DNA from: Mustelus asterias
Taxonomy: Eukaryota
Assembly (NCBI RefSeq): GCF_964213995.1
Contig: NC_135830.1
Location: 17,794,001 to 17,858,000 of the forward strand
Length of the DNA stretch: 64,000 nt
Reading direction: 5' to 3'
Below are positions 62,125-64,000 of this stretch, one piece after another. The translations under genes and the position numbers were made by a program. The number at the start of each line of letters is the position of its first letter. Positions within the stretch are counted from its first letter, which is position 1. Under the pieces are notes generated by a model. It worked only from the letters and a program-made list of their open reading frames with translations. It was not told the origin of the DNA and ran no database searches.

Positions 62125-63899
62125 ATACCAACGTGTACACTTGATGGAGCTCCGATTTACTGGTCGAGCAACTAAACGCGTCCGACAAGCCCGTCAGTTG
62201 CTCACTTTAACCAAAAGAGAAAACTCTGGAAAATCACATTGTGTCTGGCAGCATCTGTAGAAGAGAAAAGAGTTGACGTTTCGGTCCGGATGACCCTTTG
62301 TCAAAGTTTTGTGTGACACATTTGCTTTCAGACTCCAGCATCCACAGTAATTTGCTTTTATCCAGTTGCTCACTTTACATTCTCTCTGCTGGTTCCTCGA
62401 ATCAAAATTAATGATGATTCATTCTACTGCATTAAATTTTAGTAATCGCATGTTTGACCAAAGCTGTTCATAACGTTTATAGTAATTTAAGTGAAAATCG
62501 AACAGTGGGAGAATGTGATCCCCCTCCTTCATAAATATCATATCCTAAATTTAGTGTCTCAGATTTCCCATCAAGGACACCAGCAGAAGTCACTGCTGTC
62601 AGAGCTGGTTTTGGCAATGAATCAAATGAATGAATTGGATTAGATCACACGTCCCATTGAGTCTCCTTCCCCACTTTAAATCAAACCCGAGCTCAATAAC
62701 TGCCTCATTTCAGTAATCAATTCAGTTAAATTTGGTTCCACACAAACAGGGAGAGAATAGAAGGAACAAAAACAAAAAAGGGGAATGGGTAGTTAGACAG
62801 AGAGGGAAGGACAGAGAGAAAATAGAAAGAGCCAGACTGGGGTAGACACTGAACAGAACAGACACACTTCACTGTTCCATACCGTTTCAAGAAATAAAAA
62901 CTTGAAGGCATTGGAAAGAGCAAATGCTACGGCCCTGAAAAATATTCTGGCAATGGTGCTGAAGAATTGCGCTTCAGAATTTGCCGCAGCTTCAGCTAAG
63001 TTGTTCCTAAACTACAACACTGGCATCAACTGCCAATGCTACAACTTGCCCAAGTATGCCCGGTTTACAAAAATCAGGTCAAATCCAATGCCCCACATTA
63101 CCACCAGTCTACTCTTGATCATCAGTAAGGTGCCGGAAGGGGCAATAAACAATGGCATCGAGAGGCATTCCAATGCAAACTGCAGGAACATCCCCCGATG
63201 TCACGATTCGGATCTTACTGCATTCCAGACTTAACACTGAGTTCAACAACTTCAGAGCATCTCCTTTCCTCCATCTTCACCCCATTTCCATTTATTTTGT
63301 TTTATTTAATTTTATTCTATTTATTTTTATTAATTAATATTTTCTTTTTTATCTATATTTATTTTCTTTATTTCCATGTATTGCACTGTTTATTTAAAAT
63401 CTCACTTTCCATCTTGTTGCCCCCTCTCCCTCCATCCCACTCGGGCCGTCTCTTACATTTCCTTTGTTCTGCCATTTGCACATTCTGATCTCTAAATGCG
63501 CAGCCTGCAGCTCCCTTCTCAGCCATGATCACCACCATTTAATTTGCCTTTATGTTTTTTTGATTGATATGTGACACCTTTGCCACCCACCCCTCACCCA
63601 TATCCCTCACCATTACAGTCTAAATCTCGTCCAAGTTTCTTTGTCTTCAGCTCTGACGAAAGTCATCCTGACTTTGAACGTTAGCTCTATTCTCTCTTCA
63701 CAGAGGCTTTCAGACCTGTTGAGATTTTCCAGCATTTTCTGTCCTTGTTTCAGATTCCAGCATCTGCAGTAAATTTGTTTATATCAAGAGGCTCTTGTCA
63801 GACGGACTTGTCCCTGGAATACAAAAAAAACCCGCTAAAATTGAAAGAAATGCACCAAGTTACCATAGATCGGCGAGATTAAAACCATTGCAGGCAGTT

Positions 63900-63961
63900 T
63901 CCCTGGTGGTCAATGGTTAGGATTTGTTGTTTTCACCACTGTTCGATTCCCGGTCAGAAAA
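63900..63961 (+). pseudogene. tRNA-Glu (TTC) pseudogene with deletions
   Basis: tccctggtggtcaatggttaggatttgttgttTTCaccactgttcgattcccggtcagaaa. Confidence 0.65.
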
Positions 63962-64000
63962 TGAAGATTTCTTGTTTTCTTGCAGGACATGATATAAGTG

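Larger units (their letters stand above)
58400..64000. repeat. Right arm of the large inverted segmental duplication (partner about 14950-20250)
   Basis: Paralogous ORF-track peptides (15550-15798 minus vs 63152-63337 plus; 18527-18736 minus vs 60974-61198 plus) and mirrored tRNA order. Confidence 0.85.

Overview
Vertebrate DNA, most likely from a shark or other cartilaginous fish. This is inferred from the CR1 LINE 3' ends, HE1-type SINEs and an elasmobranch-type GPR139-like receptor. The window is repeat-dense and has one 165-nt N gap (6416-6580). Main contents: (1) two convergent antigen-receptor V segments of TCR alpha/delta type, each with a 23-type RSS (6686-7005 +, 10655-11204 -), both looking defective, plus a possible decayed J; (2) one apparently intact two-exon GPR139/GPR142-like GPCR on the minus strand (exon 1 41102-41198, exon 2 34173-35080, about 334 aa, TATA box upstream) that the ORF track splits; (3) a dispersed tRNA cluster with a few near-intact genes (Asn-GTT, Glu-CTC, Gln-TTG) among more than 20 decayed copies, built by duplication of tRNA-plus-flank modules, including a ~5.5 kb inverted duplication about 38 kb apart; (4) two C2H2 zinc-finger relics; (5) many nested mobile elements (CR1, SINEs, a Buster-type hAT, a Harbinger-like TIR element, Penelope relics), a SINE-derived ~59-bp minisatellite and a 1.4 kb G/T-rich array. 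I see no clearly new molecular system. The best lead is the co-location of RSS-bearing V segments, a tRNA cluster, zinc-finger relics and a GPCR. All alignments were by eye, so repeat boundaries are approximate.
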